NCBI GenBank assembly: GCA_938045545.1
Contig: CALIBN010000029.1
Span: 1 to 64,000 of the forward strand
Direction: 5' to 3'
DNA: 64,000 nucleotides
DNA from: an uncultured archaeon
GTDB taxonomy: Archaea > Thermoproteota > EX4484-205 > JAAOZP01
Shown here one piece after another: positions 48,705-58,033 of this stretch (the stretch's first letter is position 1; each line of letters opens with the position of its first letter). The position numbers and the translations under genes were made by a program. The notes below the pieces were generated by a model, which was given only the letters and a program-made list of their open reading frames with translations, was not told where the DNA came from and made no database searches.

Positions 48705-49733
48705 CTACTCCAGATTAAAATACAGTTCTCTAGGCTGAAGCTCCTTATACTCGCCCGTCTGCTGGGCTATGTGTCTCCTTATGTCTATGCAGAGGTGGCA
48801 TTTGGAAATATATCCTTCTTCTTTCTCCTTGTAGTCGAATTCTCTAGAGGCAAACTCGTAAAGATTCCCAATGCTTTCAACAAGCATGCGTAGCACGGGC
48901 TTATCCTGCAAGTCTATCCCTTGGGTTAAAGCGTTTAGGTCTCTAGCGTCTCCTAGAGATATTCCGCCACAGTACCCAGGCACATAGTTGAAATAGTTGT
49001 CCACATGGATGTGCCAGCTCCTAGTTAGCTCTGATATGCATTGTTCGCCGAAGAAAGCTTTAGCAGGGTATTTTACGAATAAGTGGTTAAGCCTGTAGCA
49101 GGCCCTCCCCATCGGAAGGAGCTCAGAGTGGTGCAGTGCCCACTTGTCTTTCTCCAAATACTGGTCGAGCGTAAGAGTATCCCTTATGCGGAGGCTCTTG
49201 AACCGGCGGTAGTACGTCTCTTGGTATATCGTCATGTTCGCTCCAAATATCTTCCCACCTATCTTAACTGCCCTTTCAACCCGTTCGAAGGGAACCTGTT
49301 CAAGTATGAAAGGATTGACGCTGACAAGTATCCCTTTTAACCCGGCCTGTTTCAGCGCCATAAGCTTCTCCTCAACCTGTTCATCGTTAATACACCAGAA
49401 GCAATTGGTTTCGACGAATGTTGAGGGAATCCTAAGCTCTTCCGCAGTTTCAACAGCGTTCCGAAGAAGCTTAAAATTCAGGAAAGGTTCTCCCCCTGTA
49501 AAATGAAGCCCGTGGTTCAGACTTATGTTTTCAGGACCGTAGGGGCTGGGCTTAATGCTTGAAGCCAACTGTCCTATGATTAGCTTGATGCTTCCTTCCG
49601 TGGGCCAGTCAGCCCTCCATTTCGGGGAGCAAGCATACATGCAGTGTTTACAAGTGCTGCTACACTTATAGGAGAGAATTATGCCTGCGGAAACAGGTTT
49701 AGGTAATTGAAGCCTATCCATCGGGTTTTTCAC
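48705..49733 (-). CDS. Radical SAM protein of unknown function
   Basis: CSSTCKHC, FTGGEPF, ETN; extra C-terminal cysteines (C, GYC, KCHLC). Confidence 0.85.
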   Translation of the reverse strand: MKNPMDRLQLPKPVSAGIILSYKCSSTCKHCMYACSPKWRADWPTEGSIKLIIGQLASSIKPSPYGPENISLNHGLHFTGGEPFLNFKLLRNAVETAEELRIPSTFVETNCFWCINDEQVEEKLMALKQAGLKGILVSVNPFILEQVPFERVERAVKIGGKIFGANMTIYQETYYRRFKSLRIRDTLTLDQYLEKDKWALHHSELLPMGRACYRLNHLFVKYPAKAFFGEQCISELTRSWHIHVDNYFNYVPGYCGGISLGDARDLNALTQGIDLQDKPVLRMLVESIGNLYEFASREFDYKEKEEGYISKCHLCIDIRRHIAQQTGEYKELQPRELYFNLE

Positions 49734-49841
49734 ACTGATTAGTTTAAAGTGTTTGGATAAGCTTTTCCATTGTCGGGGGACCCATGGCGGTAGGATAGGC
49801 TTATTAAAGGTTTAGAGAAACGTAATTCTAGGCGGGTTGAG

Positions 49842-50552
49842 ATGGTGAAACCGGGGCGTCTGATCTCCGATAAGGATAGGGAGCTTTTAAAACGTCTGGC
49901 GGAGGTGCGGACTGCAGACGTCATAGATGCGTTAGACAGATATAATGTTTACGATTCTACAATAATGTCGGAGGAGATAAGGCCTCTTTTCAGCGATATA
50001 AAGATGGTTGGCGTTGCGCTAACAATACGTTTGGTCAAGGCGAGGGAGCCGATACCGAACATGTCGCCCGAGGAGTATGATAACTACGCCTCCGAATGGT
50101 ACAGGAGTAAAAACAATGCTGAGCTCTTCCTACGGTTAGCGGAGCCAGGGCATGTTCTAGTTGCCGACGCCGGCGGCTACATTAGGGTTGGCTTCTGGGG
50201 CTCGTACATTGCTTTAATCGCCAGGGACAGGGGTATAGTTGGGCTAGTGATAGATGGCGGCTGCAGGGATGTGGCTGAAATAAGGAGGGAAAGGTTCCCA
50301 GTTTTCTGCAGGGGAGTGGGGCGCACCGAAACCGTGGGGAGGCTTATTCTTAGGCCTGAGGACGTTAACATACCTGTAACCGTCGGCGACGTGCCTGTGG
50401 AACCAGGGGACTTTGTGATGGGTGACGATGACGGGGTGGTCGTCATACCGAGGGAGCTGGCTGACGCTGTTTCAGAGAGGGCGCTCCGACAGTTCCAAGA
50501 GGATCGTGCTAACCAGAAGCCTTATTTGGAGAGGTTTGGCATACGGCTTTAG
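49842..50552 (+). CDS. RraA/HMG-aldolase family protein
   Basis: TADVIDAL, WG, VIDGGCRD, V.PGD.V.GDDDGVVVIP. Confidence 0.88.
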   Translation: MVKPGRLISDKDRELLKRLAEVRTADVIDALDRYNVYDSTIMSEEIRPLFSDIKMVGVALTIRLVKAREPIPNMSPEEYDNYASEWYRSKNNAELFLRLAEPGHVLVADAGGYIRVGFWGSYIALIARDRGIVGLVIDGGCRDVAEIRRERFPVFCRGVGRTETVGRLILRPEDVNIPVTVGDVPVEPGDFVMGDDDGVVVIPRELADAVSERALRQFQEDRANQKPYLERFGIRL

Positions 50553-50564
50553 GAGGGTTGAAAA

Positions 50565-50993
50565 ATGGATTCTTGGGAGGCGGGATTAGGAAGAATTATT
50601 GTTCTGAGGGGTGACCGTGGCGAGGATCTTTTAGAAACCATTGAAACCGCCGCCCGGGCCAACCGTGTTGCAAACAGCGTCATAATCTCGGCAATAGGTA
50701 CTCTTGAAAACTGTCGGATGCATAGGGTTACTTCAAGAGGGCTTCCGCCGGAGGAGGAGTACGTTGACATAGATGGTCCTTTAGAAATAAACTCGGTCAG
50801 CGGCATTATTGCGAACGGGAGGCTTCATGCGCATATTTCTGTTTCCAATGGTAAGGGTACTTACGGGGGGCACTTAGAGCCGGGAAGCCGAATACTTTAT
50901 CTTGCAGAGATAGTGGTGGCAGAGATCACTGGGGTCTCGTTCAACCGGGTTAGAGACGTGACGACAGGTCTGAGTCTTCTAAGGGCTGTTTGA
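50565..50993 (+). CDS. PPC-domain (DUF296) protein
   Basis: GEDLLE, SAIG, EI.S.SG, HAHIS, GGHL. Confidence 0.88.
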   Translation: MDSWEAGLGRIIVLRGDRGEDLLETIETAARANRVANSVIISAIGTLENCRMHRVTSRGLPPEEEYVDIDGPLEINSVSGIIANGRLHAHISVSNGKGTYGGHLEPGSRILYLAEIVVAEITGVSFNRVRDVTTGLSLLRAV

Positions 50994-51053
50994 GTTAAAG
51001 GTTTACTTCTGTTTGTCTGTAAAATTCTTAAAGGACTTTGGCTGATCAGTCTC

Positions 51054-51377
51054 ATGGGCGAGTATATTCAGGTCTTAACAACGACCGGGAAAAGGGAGGA
51101 TGCTGTGAGGATTGCGAAAATACTCTTGGAAAGGAAGCTGGCAGGGTGTGTTCAAATAATCGGTCCAGTTTCAAGCTCATACTGGTGGAAGGGGAAAGTT
51201 GAAGAAGCAGAGGAATGGCTGTGTATAATCAAGAGTAAGATGGATTTGTACAATGAACTTGAGGAAACTATTAAAGAGAATCACCCGTATGAGATTCCGG
51301 AGATCATCGCAATTCCAATAGTTTCTGGAAATAGGAGCTACTTAGAGTGGATGAACACGGAGCTTAGAAGGCAATAG
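51054..51377 (+). CDS. cutA: Divalent-cation tolerance protein CutA
   Basis: LAGCVQ, S.YWWKG, HPYEIPEI. Confidence 0.93.
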   Translation: MGEYIQVLTTTGKREDAVRIAKILLERKLAGCVQIIGPVSSSYWWKGKVEEAEEWLCIIKSKMDLYNELEETIKENHPYEIPEIIAIPIVSGNRSYLEWMNTELRRQ

Positions 51378-51461
51378 TTTGTTCGCTTTTAGCGCGCGTG
51401 CTCGTTCAGAATAGTCATCTAGCCAACCTAAGCTATTGCCATTTATCCAGCAACGCATAGA

Positions 51462-52337
51462 TTAATGGCTTAATTCTTCATCGAGCTTTTCAATCATCTT
51501 CAGTATTTCAGTGTCAAGAGGCTTATGCTTTTTCCTTCGATATCTCCCAGCTACGTAAGGACCTGTTGAAGCAAAGGCCTTCTCGGCAAAATCGTCCCCC
51601 TCGCCCTCTGAGAAACGCCTCCACGAGTCCGGAAAATGAACGTAGGATTTCGGGTCTGTCCAGCTTATTTCGAATTCATCCAGTTTTTCAGGCGGGAAAC
51701 ATACGGCTACACGGTCTAGAGTTCTATGTAAGGATAAGGGGGAAGTGAAAACCCTCTGAATATCTATTCTGCTTTCAACGATAAGCCCATTCAGAGTCTC
51801 AAGCCTGTTGGTGATGAAGCTAGTTGCTGAGTACGCTATGTCGATCGGCTCTATTGTTCTTCTAATTTCGGTGCTGAAGCAGAAGGGATTGATTTGGACG
51901 TGAGCACCCCTGCCACTCCATTTGACAAATACAGATTTAGCAACTCCAAACTTGTCTAGCAGGCTTACTATTTCCTGAGCCTTCCTGATTACTTTCTTCC
52001 AGTCTCCATCTCTAGAGTCTATATCCCACACGGGAGAAGAGTAGAGGATGTTACTTCTGTCTAAAAGATCCTCTCTGACCCTAAGCCTAGAGTAAGTGTG
52101 AACCGTAGCGTAAAATGCTCTCGGCCTATACTTCTTATAACGATTGATCAATTCGATAACTTCCGATTCCGAACTTATAGTTAGCGGTTTATTTTTATCA
52201 TACCTGATCATTAAACGTGTACCATTCTCTCCGATTTCCTCGCAGTGAATGGCAACCCACTTGTTCTTACAATAATCAGCTATTTCCCTCTTGACCTCCG
52301 GCTTTCCATAATGCTCTAATGGAAGCCAAGGATTCAT
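51462..52337 (-). CDS. Archaeo-eukaryotic primase (AEP) superfamily protein, PriS/Prim-Pol-like
   Basis: Motif I WDID, motif II KWSGRGAH, motif III IDIQRVF..PLSLH. Confidence 0.8.
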   Translation of the reverse strand: MNPWLPLEHYGKPEVKREIADYCKNKWVAIHCEEIGENGTRLMIRYDKNKPLTISSESEVIELINRYKKYRPRAFYATVHTYSRLRVREDLLDRSNILYSSPVWDIDSRDGDWKKVIRKAQEIVSLLDKFGVAKSVFVKWSGRGAHVQINPFCFSTEIRRTIEPIDIAYSATSFITNRLETLNGLIVESRIDIQRVFTSPLSLHRTLDRVAVCFPPEKLDEFEISWTDPKSYVHFPDSWRRFSEGEGDDFAEKAFASTGPYVAGRYRRKKHKPLDTEILKMIEKLDEELSH

Positions 52338-53128
52338 AATTCCCTCTCCATCTCCTTTTTAGCGTCGATTATTTTCTTCATTACTTCAAACGGTAGCTTA
52401 TAGTCCTCAACTCTCCTCTCAACCCTGCCCAGAACCACCAGGCCTAAGCCGGGCTTAACGTCAATCTCATGAAGATACCTGCTGTGATCAGTCTGCCTCA
52501 TCTTCTCGATTACGATGAACCTTTTCAACTCTCCACCTCTTAAAAGCCTCCTAAACCTTATTATTCCGTCAGCTATGTGTTCAACACCGAAGCCAAAGCT
52601 TTCAGCAGTGGTTATAGCATACTGGCTTACGGCAAGTATCGTGAAGTTCCATTTAGAGAGAACCTTCTTAACATAATAGCTGTACCTTCTAGCCATTGCA
52701 GGCTTGTCCAGCCAGAATGCTGAGAGACTGTCAATGACGATCCTAGCCCGACCGTATCCAAGCTCCTTCTTAGCCTCTATTATCTTGGATACGAGCGCCT
52801 CCATGTCTAGGCTCTGCAGGCTCCACTTGTCCGTCCTGCCCATTAAAGCGTCGATTATTATCAGTCTACCCTCTTCAATCCTCTTCTGGAAATCCATTTT
52901 AAACTGTGAGGCCTGTCTAACTATAGACTCCCTGCTCTCCTCAGTCGTGACGTAAATACACTTATCTCCCTCTTCAACACCCTTGTTGATGAAATGTATC
53001 GAGAGTATTGTTTTTCCACATCCCGGTTCCCCGGTGACGGCGACGAAGAAGCCCTCCGGTATCCCGCCTTGAAGCAGAGAGTCCAGCCCCCCAACCCCGG
53101 TGCTGAGCCTCTTCACCTCCAGCGTCAT
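52334..53128 (-). CDS. Single-domain KaiC/RecA-family ATPase (PAE1156-like)
   Basis: RLSTG..GLD.LL.GGIP, GEPGCGKT, TTEE, IVIDS, EHIADGII, IEKMR. Confidence 0.9.
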   Translation of the reverse strand: MTLEVKRLSTGVGGLDSLLQGGIPEGFFVAVTGEPGCGKTILSIHFINKGVEEGDKCIYVTTEESRESIVRQASQFKMDFQKRIEEGRLIIIDALMGRTDKWSLQSLDMEALVSKIIEAKKELGYGRARIVIDSLSAFWLDKPAMARRYSYYVKKVLSKWNFTILAVSQYAITTAESFGFGVEHIADGIIRFRRLLRGGELKRFIVIEKMRQTDHSRYLHEIDVKPGLGLVVLGRVERRVEDYKLPFEVMKKIIDAKKEMEREL

Positions 53129-53199
53129 TATGTATTGTCTTGCGGAGGAGGCATATGAACTTATCACCCTGCTGTCGACTACTTGCTTTTAAATTATGG

Positions 53200-55917
53200 T
53201 TAACCGGTTTCAGATCGAGCTATCTCGTACCAGATGGTCTGGAAATCAGGCCCGATCGAAAAAACTTTATACTGCCCCTCGTGAGAAACCTGGACCTGCT
53301 TAACCCTGTTACCTATACTGTCTAAAACCCATACTTCCATCTTCCTGTCTGTTCTAATCCTTAGCGTTGCCCTAACCCCCTCCACCAGTGTTGGAGCTGA
53401 ACCCCAGTTTACGCCACAAGTTACGGGCTCCATGAGTGGTTTCAAGTCAGCCAAATCGTTCAGTCTCCACGTTAACAATGCTACGTTTCCCTCATACGTG
53501 CGGAGCCTCATCCCAGTATTCGTAACGTAGCCGGCAGCTATGAGCAGAAGCCTGTTCCAAGACTCAAAGCTTTCTCCCTCCAGCACTGTGACAGTTATAA
53601 TGCTCCAGCCTTCTAGAAGCGTTTCCCCCGAGTCTATGACTAGCGCCCCGAAGTCGAGGCTTCTACCACCGGAGAACCCTATGGCCGCAATGCTTCTCGA
53701 AGTGTTAACCGTTATGATTCCCCTCCCAGCATAAGAAGTGTCCCAAGCGACTTCCCCCGTGTCGGAGCGGTGAACAGGCCCAGAAACATTCAAATCGACC
53801 CCGGGTAATTTTTCACCGTCGAGCTTGATGGCTGTTCTATGTGTTAGAGAGGCCAACGGGTTTAAGCCCATGTGGCCAGCATCCGGCAGCGCCCAAGCGT
53901 AGACTCTACCGCTCGCTATCAGGTTTACCTCATCCTGCCTGTCCAATCTCATGCAAACAAGCCGGTCGGCCGGCTTAACGTCTCCTCTCAAGAATATCAT
54001 GTGCGCAGCTATCAGGGTCGCCATTTTAACAGGGTGCTGGTCAATGTCGAAAAACCCCCTTATCCTCCTGGAGTCCCAGTTGCCCCGGCTCCCATAGTCG
54101 AACAGAAATATTCCATCCCAGTCTTGCAGTGCAGCGTACGCGGCTAGCGTTACGACTGTTTCAGAATCATACATGTTCGGAGCAGGATGATTGTATTCGG
54201 TAACGAAGTGAGGCTTGTTCCCAACCCTTTTAACAGCTAAGCCTACTATGGTGCTTCTCTCCGGATTGTTAACCATCGGCTCGTTAACCACGTACCAATT
54301 GCTAGGGTCCCAAGGGGTCCTTGGGAAAGAGGGGTGGTTCCAGTAGGCATGCGTGTCTACGACGTCGAGCTTAGACATTATGTTCGGCGTGCTGCACCCG
54401 ACTATGGTGCCTATCACGAGGGCTCTCACGCCTAGCTCATCTCTAATGAATCTCCTCATCTCCGTGAAAAACCCTTCCTCCATGCTGTACAGGAATTCGA
54501 CCCAGTCTCTTCTGGCTACGCTCGTCCTCAAGCCGTATTCGGCGAGCGCCAGTATCCTAACGGTTGCTTTTTCAACGCTCTCATCCCCCATCGCGCCGTA
54601 TCCGCTGAAAAGCCTCATGGAGAAGCAGGAGAACATGTAGGCTGCTATGTTCCTCCCAAGCCCCGAGACATCTAGCCTAGCATTGTCCTCTGATTCCGAC
54701 GCAACCAGGGCAACCTCGTACTCCCTCCACTCTGTAGTCAGCGGTACTCCAACCCTTTGCGAAACCAGTCTCCAGGGCTCGTGCGCCTGAACAAGGCCTA
54801 TGCTTACACTGGCCGTTTTATCAGCCCTAGCCTTAAACCTTACAAGATAGTTTTCACCCTCCCTTATTCTTAAACCCGGCTGGTTGAACTGCACATGCCA
54901 GCTTTCAGACCCGAGCCTCGTAACCCTGATTTCCAGGTTCCTTCCCCCACCCTCTTCAACCACTCTCGCCGATGCTTGCGCACCGTTGTGAACCTCAACC
55001 ACCCAGCCCTCCAAACCTTGTTCGAAGCAACCGTTCCTAAGAACTTCAGCCTGAGCCCAGGGGCTTGTCTCGCCGCCCCATGCTTTTCTAAACTCCTCGT
55101 CAGACACATACTTAGAACCCAAATAGGCGTTCCATTTCTCCCGAAGCCTGTTTCTAAAGACTTGTGGAAGCCTGTCAACCACGCCGCCGAGCCAAGAATG
55201 AATAAGCCCCTGCTCGTTCACTATTTCAACGAAGGCGACCGCAGGGTCCTCAGCGTAAGTCATTCCAGTATAGGGGTTCAAATGGGTTAAGAGCTGCCTA
55301 GCATACTCTTTCTCAAGCTCTTTAACCTCATCTGTGAAAAACCCGAGTACCTGCTGGTCCTTCCAGTCCACCGTCTCAACTTCTCTAGGTAGACCATCCG
55401 CGTAAGTAAACCTTCTTGATACGAGCAGGTTTAGGTCAACGTATATACCGTTCTCCTTAAGCTTTGAAATAAAGTAGTCGAGCCTGTCGAGCGCATCCTT
55501 GTTAAGGCGGCGCGTACCCCCCGTGGTCTTGTCGAAAATGTTGAAAGCCTCCCAGCTCGCATCCATGTGGTGGAAACGCGCCACGTTGACCCCGAATTTA
55601 GCTAGCCTGCTAGCTATCTTCTCAGCCTCATCCTTCTCTGGGAAGCATGCTCCTCCGCAAATGTTGACCCCTAGAAACTTTACTCTTTCCCCGTTAACAT
55701 AAAGATGACCGTCCTCTCCAACATACACGTGTCCAAGACTGCCCGCCGGCTTGTGGAGCCTACTGCTCATGCTTATCGCAGTCTGCTCACTGTCGTCCCA
55801 GGGGAGATAGAAGGGGAACACTCGTTTCTCAAGCGTTACGGGTTTAAACAGGTTTTGGAGTAAGGCTAGGGACATTATCGAGCCTACTGCCATCAGGATT
55901 AAAACTGCTTTCTTCAT
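53200..55917 (-). CDS. Secreted clan GH-A glycoside hydrolase with internal CBM4/9-like module (GH5/GH148-like)
   Basis: Signal peptide, GVNVARFHHMD, EIVNE (acid/base), NGCFE.G...W and W.VQF.Q CBM motifs, DTHAYW, VTEY (nucleophile). Confidence 0.8.
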   Translation of the reverse strand: MKKAVLILMAVGSIMSLALLQNLFKPVTLEKRVFPFYLPWDDSEQTAISMSSRLHKPAGSLGHVYVGEDGHLYVNGERVKFLGVNICGGACFPEKDEAEKIASRLAKFGVNVARFHHMDASWEAFNIFDKTTGGTRRLNKDALDRLDYFISKLKENGIYVDLNLLVSRRFTYADGLPREVETVDWKDQQVLGFFTDEVKELEKEYARQLLTHLNPYTGMTYAEDPAVAFVEIVNEQGLIHSWLGGVVDRLPQVFRNRLREKWNAYLGSKYVSDEEFRKAWGGETSPWAQAEVLRNGCFEQGLEGWVVEVHNGAQASARVVEEGGGRNLEIRVTRLGSESWHVQFNQPGLRIREGENYLVRFKARADKTASVSIGLVQAHEPWRLVSQRVGVPLTTEWREYEVALVASESEDNARLDVSGLGRNIAAYMFSCFSMRLFSGYGAMGDESVEKATVRILALAEYGLRTSVARRDWVEFLYSMEEGFFTEMRRFIRDELGVRALVIGTIVGCSTPNIMSKLDVVDTHAYWNHPSFPRTPWDPSNWYVVNEPMVNNPERSTIVGLAVKRVGNKPHFVTEYNHPAPNMYDSETVVTLAAYAALQDWDGIFLFDYGSRGNWDSRRIRGFFDIDQHPVKMATLIAAHMIFLRGDVKPADRLVCMRLDRQDEVNLIASGRVYAWALPDAGHMGLNPLASLTHRTAIKLDGEKLPGVDLNVSGPVHRSDTGEVAWDTSYAGRGIITVNTSRSIAAIGFSGGRSLDFGALVIDSGETLLEGWSIITVTVLEGESFESWNRLLLIAAGYVTNTGMRLRTYEGNVALLTWRLNDLADLKPLMEPVTCGVNWGSAPTLVEGVRATLRIRTDRKMEVWVLDSIGNRVKQVQVSHEGQYKVFSIGPDFQTIWYEIARSETG

Positions 55918-56041
55918 CCTTTTAGACGGACTTATAAAGGATAATAAATCTTCTTAAGGCTGGAGCATGCCAAATGTCTAGGTCAAAGGGTTTCAAAAAT
56001 AGGTGTGGGGAAAGATTTAGCCGACTTTTAAGATTCTGTTT

Positions 56042-57955
56042 TCACCAGGGCCATATCCATGAGGCTCTTGAAACCAGGGTGATGGTGGTTCCTACCGCTA
56101 CGACAATGCCTATGCCTGCTGCAAACCCTGCTAGGACTATGCCTCTAATGGAGAACCATTTTTCAGGTCCAAGTATACGCGTCATCAAGTACTTGCTTAC
56201 CAAGGACATTATGAACACCATCATGGTGTACGGTTGAATGCTGTACATTCCACCAACTAGTCCAACAGGGTTAAATGGTATCCCCAGCTTGTTCAAAGGC
56301 AGTGAGACGAGGCTGATCCCCACGGCTATGCCAACGCCGAGAAGTATCTGATCCGCTTTTATAAGTATCTGGCGAGTTGCGAACAATGAGTCGCTTATAG
56401 CATAGTTTGGCCATATTCCGTACACGTATGGGAATAAGTAGGAGGGTATTGGGGCTATTCTCCAGAAGAAATCAGTAAATATCAGGCCGAATGTTGTTAC
56501 TAGTATGAAGGATATTATGACTGCCTTAAAATAGTCCATGGGTCTTGTCCCCGTCGCATAAGCCACCTTAGTGGAGTTTGCGAAGTATGGTGTGGAGAAG
56601 CCCGCTATGGCGGGTGTGAAAATCCATCCAGCATAGCCGTTGTAGGGGCTGAAGTATATGGCTGCCTTCCACATGTTGTATATGAAGTCCGGTGAAAATG
56701 TTAATCCGAGTTCACCGTAAATCCTGGCGCCGACGGATGCTAAAACGAAGCTGAACCCTACTGAGACCAGTATTGGGAGCCAGAAGGGAACATCTGGAAG
56801 GAGAATCTCGTAGAGAAACGCGCTAAGAATCGTGGAACTGAAGAACGTGACAAGCAGTATCTTGGGCGAAGGATATCCAGGCCCACCCTTCACCCTGCTT
56901 AGTTTCGGAAGTGTTTTAAACGCTGCCACGATTTTCCTGCTGGTCGATGCTAAAAGGAAGACGGCTAGGCCGAAGGATAAACCCATGAAAAAGGAAAGCC
57001 AGAGTCTTAAGCCTGCTCTCTGAAGTATCAGGAATATTCCCATTCCTGGGGAATATTCTTCAACCCACTGGGGGGAGAAGCTCTTGAAAGTTGTGAGGGT
57101 AAGAGTGTTTCCAAAGATCCATGTGATTACTGATCCAACTAGCATAGCGAAGGTTAATGAGGGAGGTAGGATCATACCGTAGAGGAAGCTCAACGGGTCT
57201 GTAGCTATGCCTATGACTGCCCCAGGTAGGAAGAACTGCGTGTAGGGCGTTAAGTCAACCCAAGGATACGGTATTAAACGTGCCTGGGGGCCGATAAGCA
57301 TGGGTGTCAGGTAAAGGATTAAACCGTATATGGCTCCCATTGTCAAAGACAAGATGAAGTAAAGCAGGTCCTGAGGCCTCCTGTCATGCAGAGTGTTCAC
57401 CATGGCTGTGTCGATCTGTGCAAATGGGAACGGCAGAGGCTCCTCCACCACGTAAAGATAGGAGAAAAGTATGCCTATGGATAGTTCTGCTGCCAGGCCT
57501 AGGATTGAGAAAGCAAGGTTTACGCCTAGGGCGAAAAACCAGTCTGGATGCAGCAGGGTTCTCAACTGGTGGACGGGTGACGTGGCTGGTGGGGACATCC
57601 ATGTGGGAACGTATTCCCTAAGCGGAATGTTGAAGAGCGTGAACTCTAGGCTTAAAGGGTTCGTAACATAATAGGACCTGAATACGAGCCAGTAGTACAT
57701 CGGCATGGCTCCACCTATTCCCCCTACAATAGAATAAATGATGAAAAGCTCCTGTCTCGAAAGCCTCCTGCCGTAAATCTGTGTTAAGGCCGTGAAAAGT
57801 ATTGCTGTCACGTAAGTGGCGGCAGTACTTACACCAGACCCTACTGCAAACCATAGATATATTGAGGATGGCAGGAAGATTAATGCGGCCATTATCATTG
57901 CTAAGATGCTTCTCCAAGTCAATCCCGGTGAAAATTCCTGCGAGGATTGCGTCAG
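56042..57955 (-). CDS. OPT-superfamily-like multi-pass transporter (probable CTG start at 57955)
   Basis: GLTWRS, LSRQEL.IIY, EEPLPFP.A, PYPWVD, WRIAPIPS..FP; more than 12 hydrophobic segments. Confidence 0.75.
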   Translation of the reverse strand: MTQSSQEFSPGLTWRSILAMIMAALIFLPSSIYLWFAVGSGVSTAATYVTAILFTALTQIYGRRLSRQELFIIYSIVGGIGGAMPMYYWLVFRSYYVTNPLSLEFTLFNIPLREYVPTWMSPPATSPVHQLRTLLHPDWFFALGVNLAFSILGLAAELSIGILFSYLYVVEEPLPFPFAQIDTAMVNTLHDRRPQDLLYFILSLTMGAIYGLILYLTPMLIGPQARLIPYPWVDLTPYTQFFLPGAVIGIATDPLSFLYGMILPPSLTFAMLVGSVITWIFGNTLTLTTFKSFSPQWVEEYSPGMGIFLILQRAGLRLWLSFFMGLSFGLAVFLLASTSRKIVAAFKTLPKLSRVKGGPGYPSPKILLVTFFSSTILSAFLYEILLPDVPFWLPILVSVGFSFVLASVGARIYGELGLTFSPDFIYNMWKAAIYFSPYNGYAGWIFTPAIAGFSTPYFANSTKVAYATGTRPMDYFKAVIISFILVTTFGLIFTDFFWRIAPIPSYLFPYVYGIWPNYAISDSLFATRQILIKADQILLGVGIAVGISLVSLPLNKLGIPFNPVGLVGGMYSIQPYTMMVFIMSLVSKYLMTRILGPEKWFSIRGIVLAGFAAGIGIVVAVGTTITLVSRASWIWPW

Positions 57956-58033
57956 GGGCCCTTCACCTCGTTTTTACCTGGGGGTTCTTATATAAAAATT
58001 TTTAAATCCCAGCTAAAAAACTTATAAGCCGAC

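Noticed and set aside
52334-53128. Circadian clock KaiC
   Set aside because: Single ATPase domain and no kaiA or kaiB nearby
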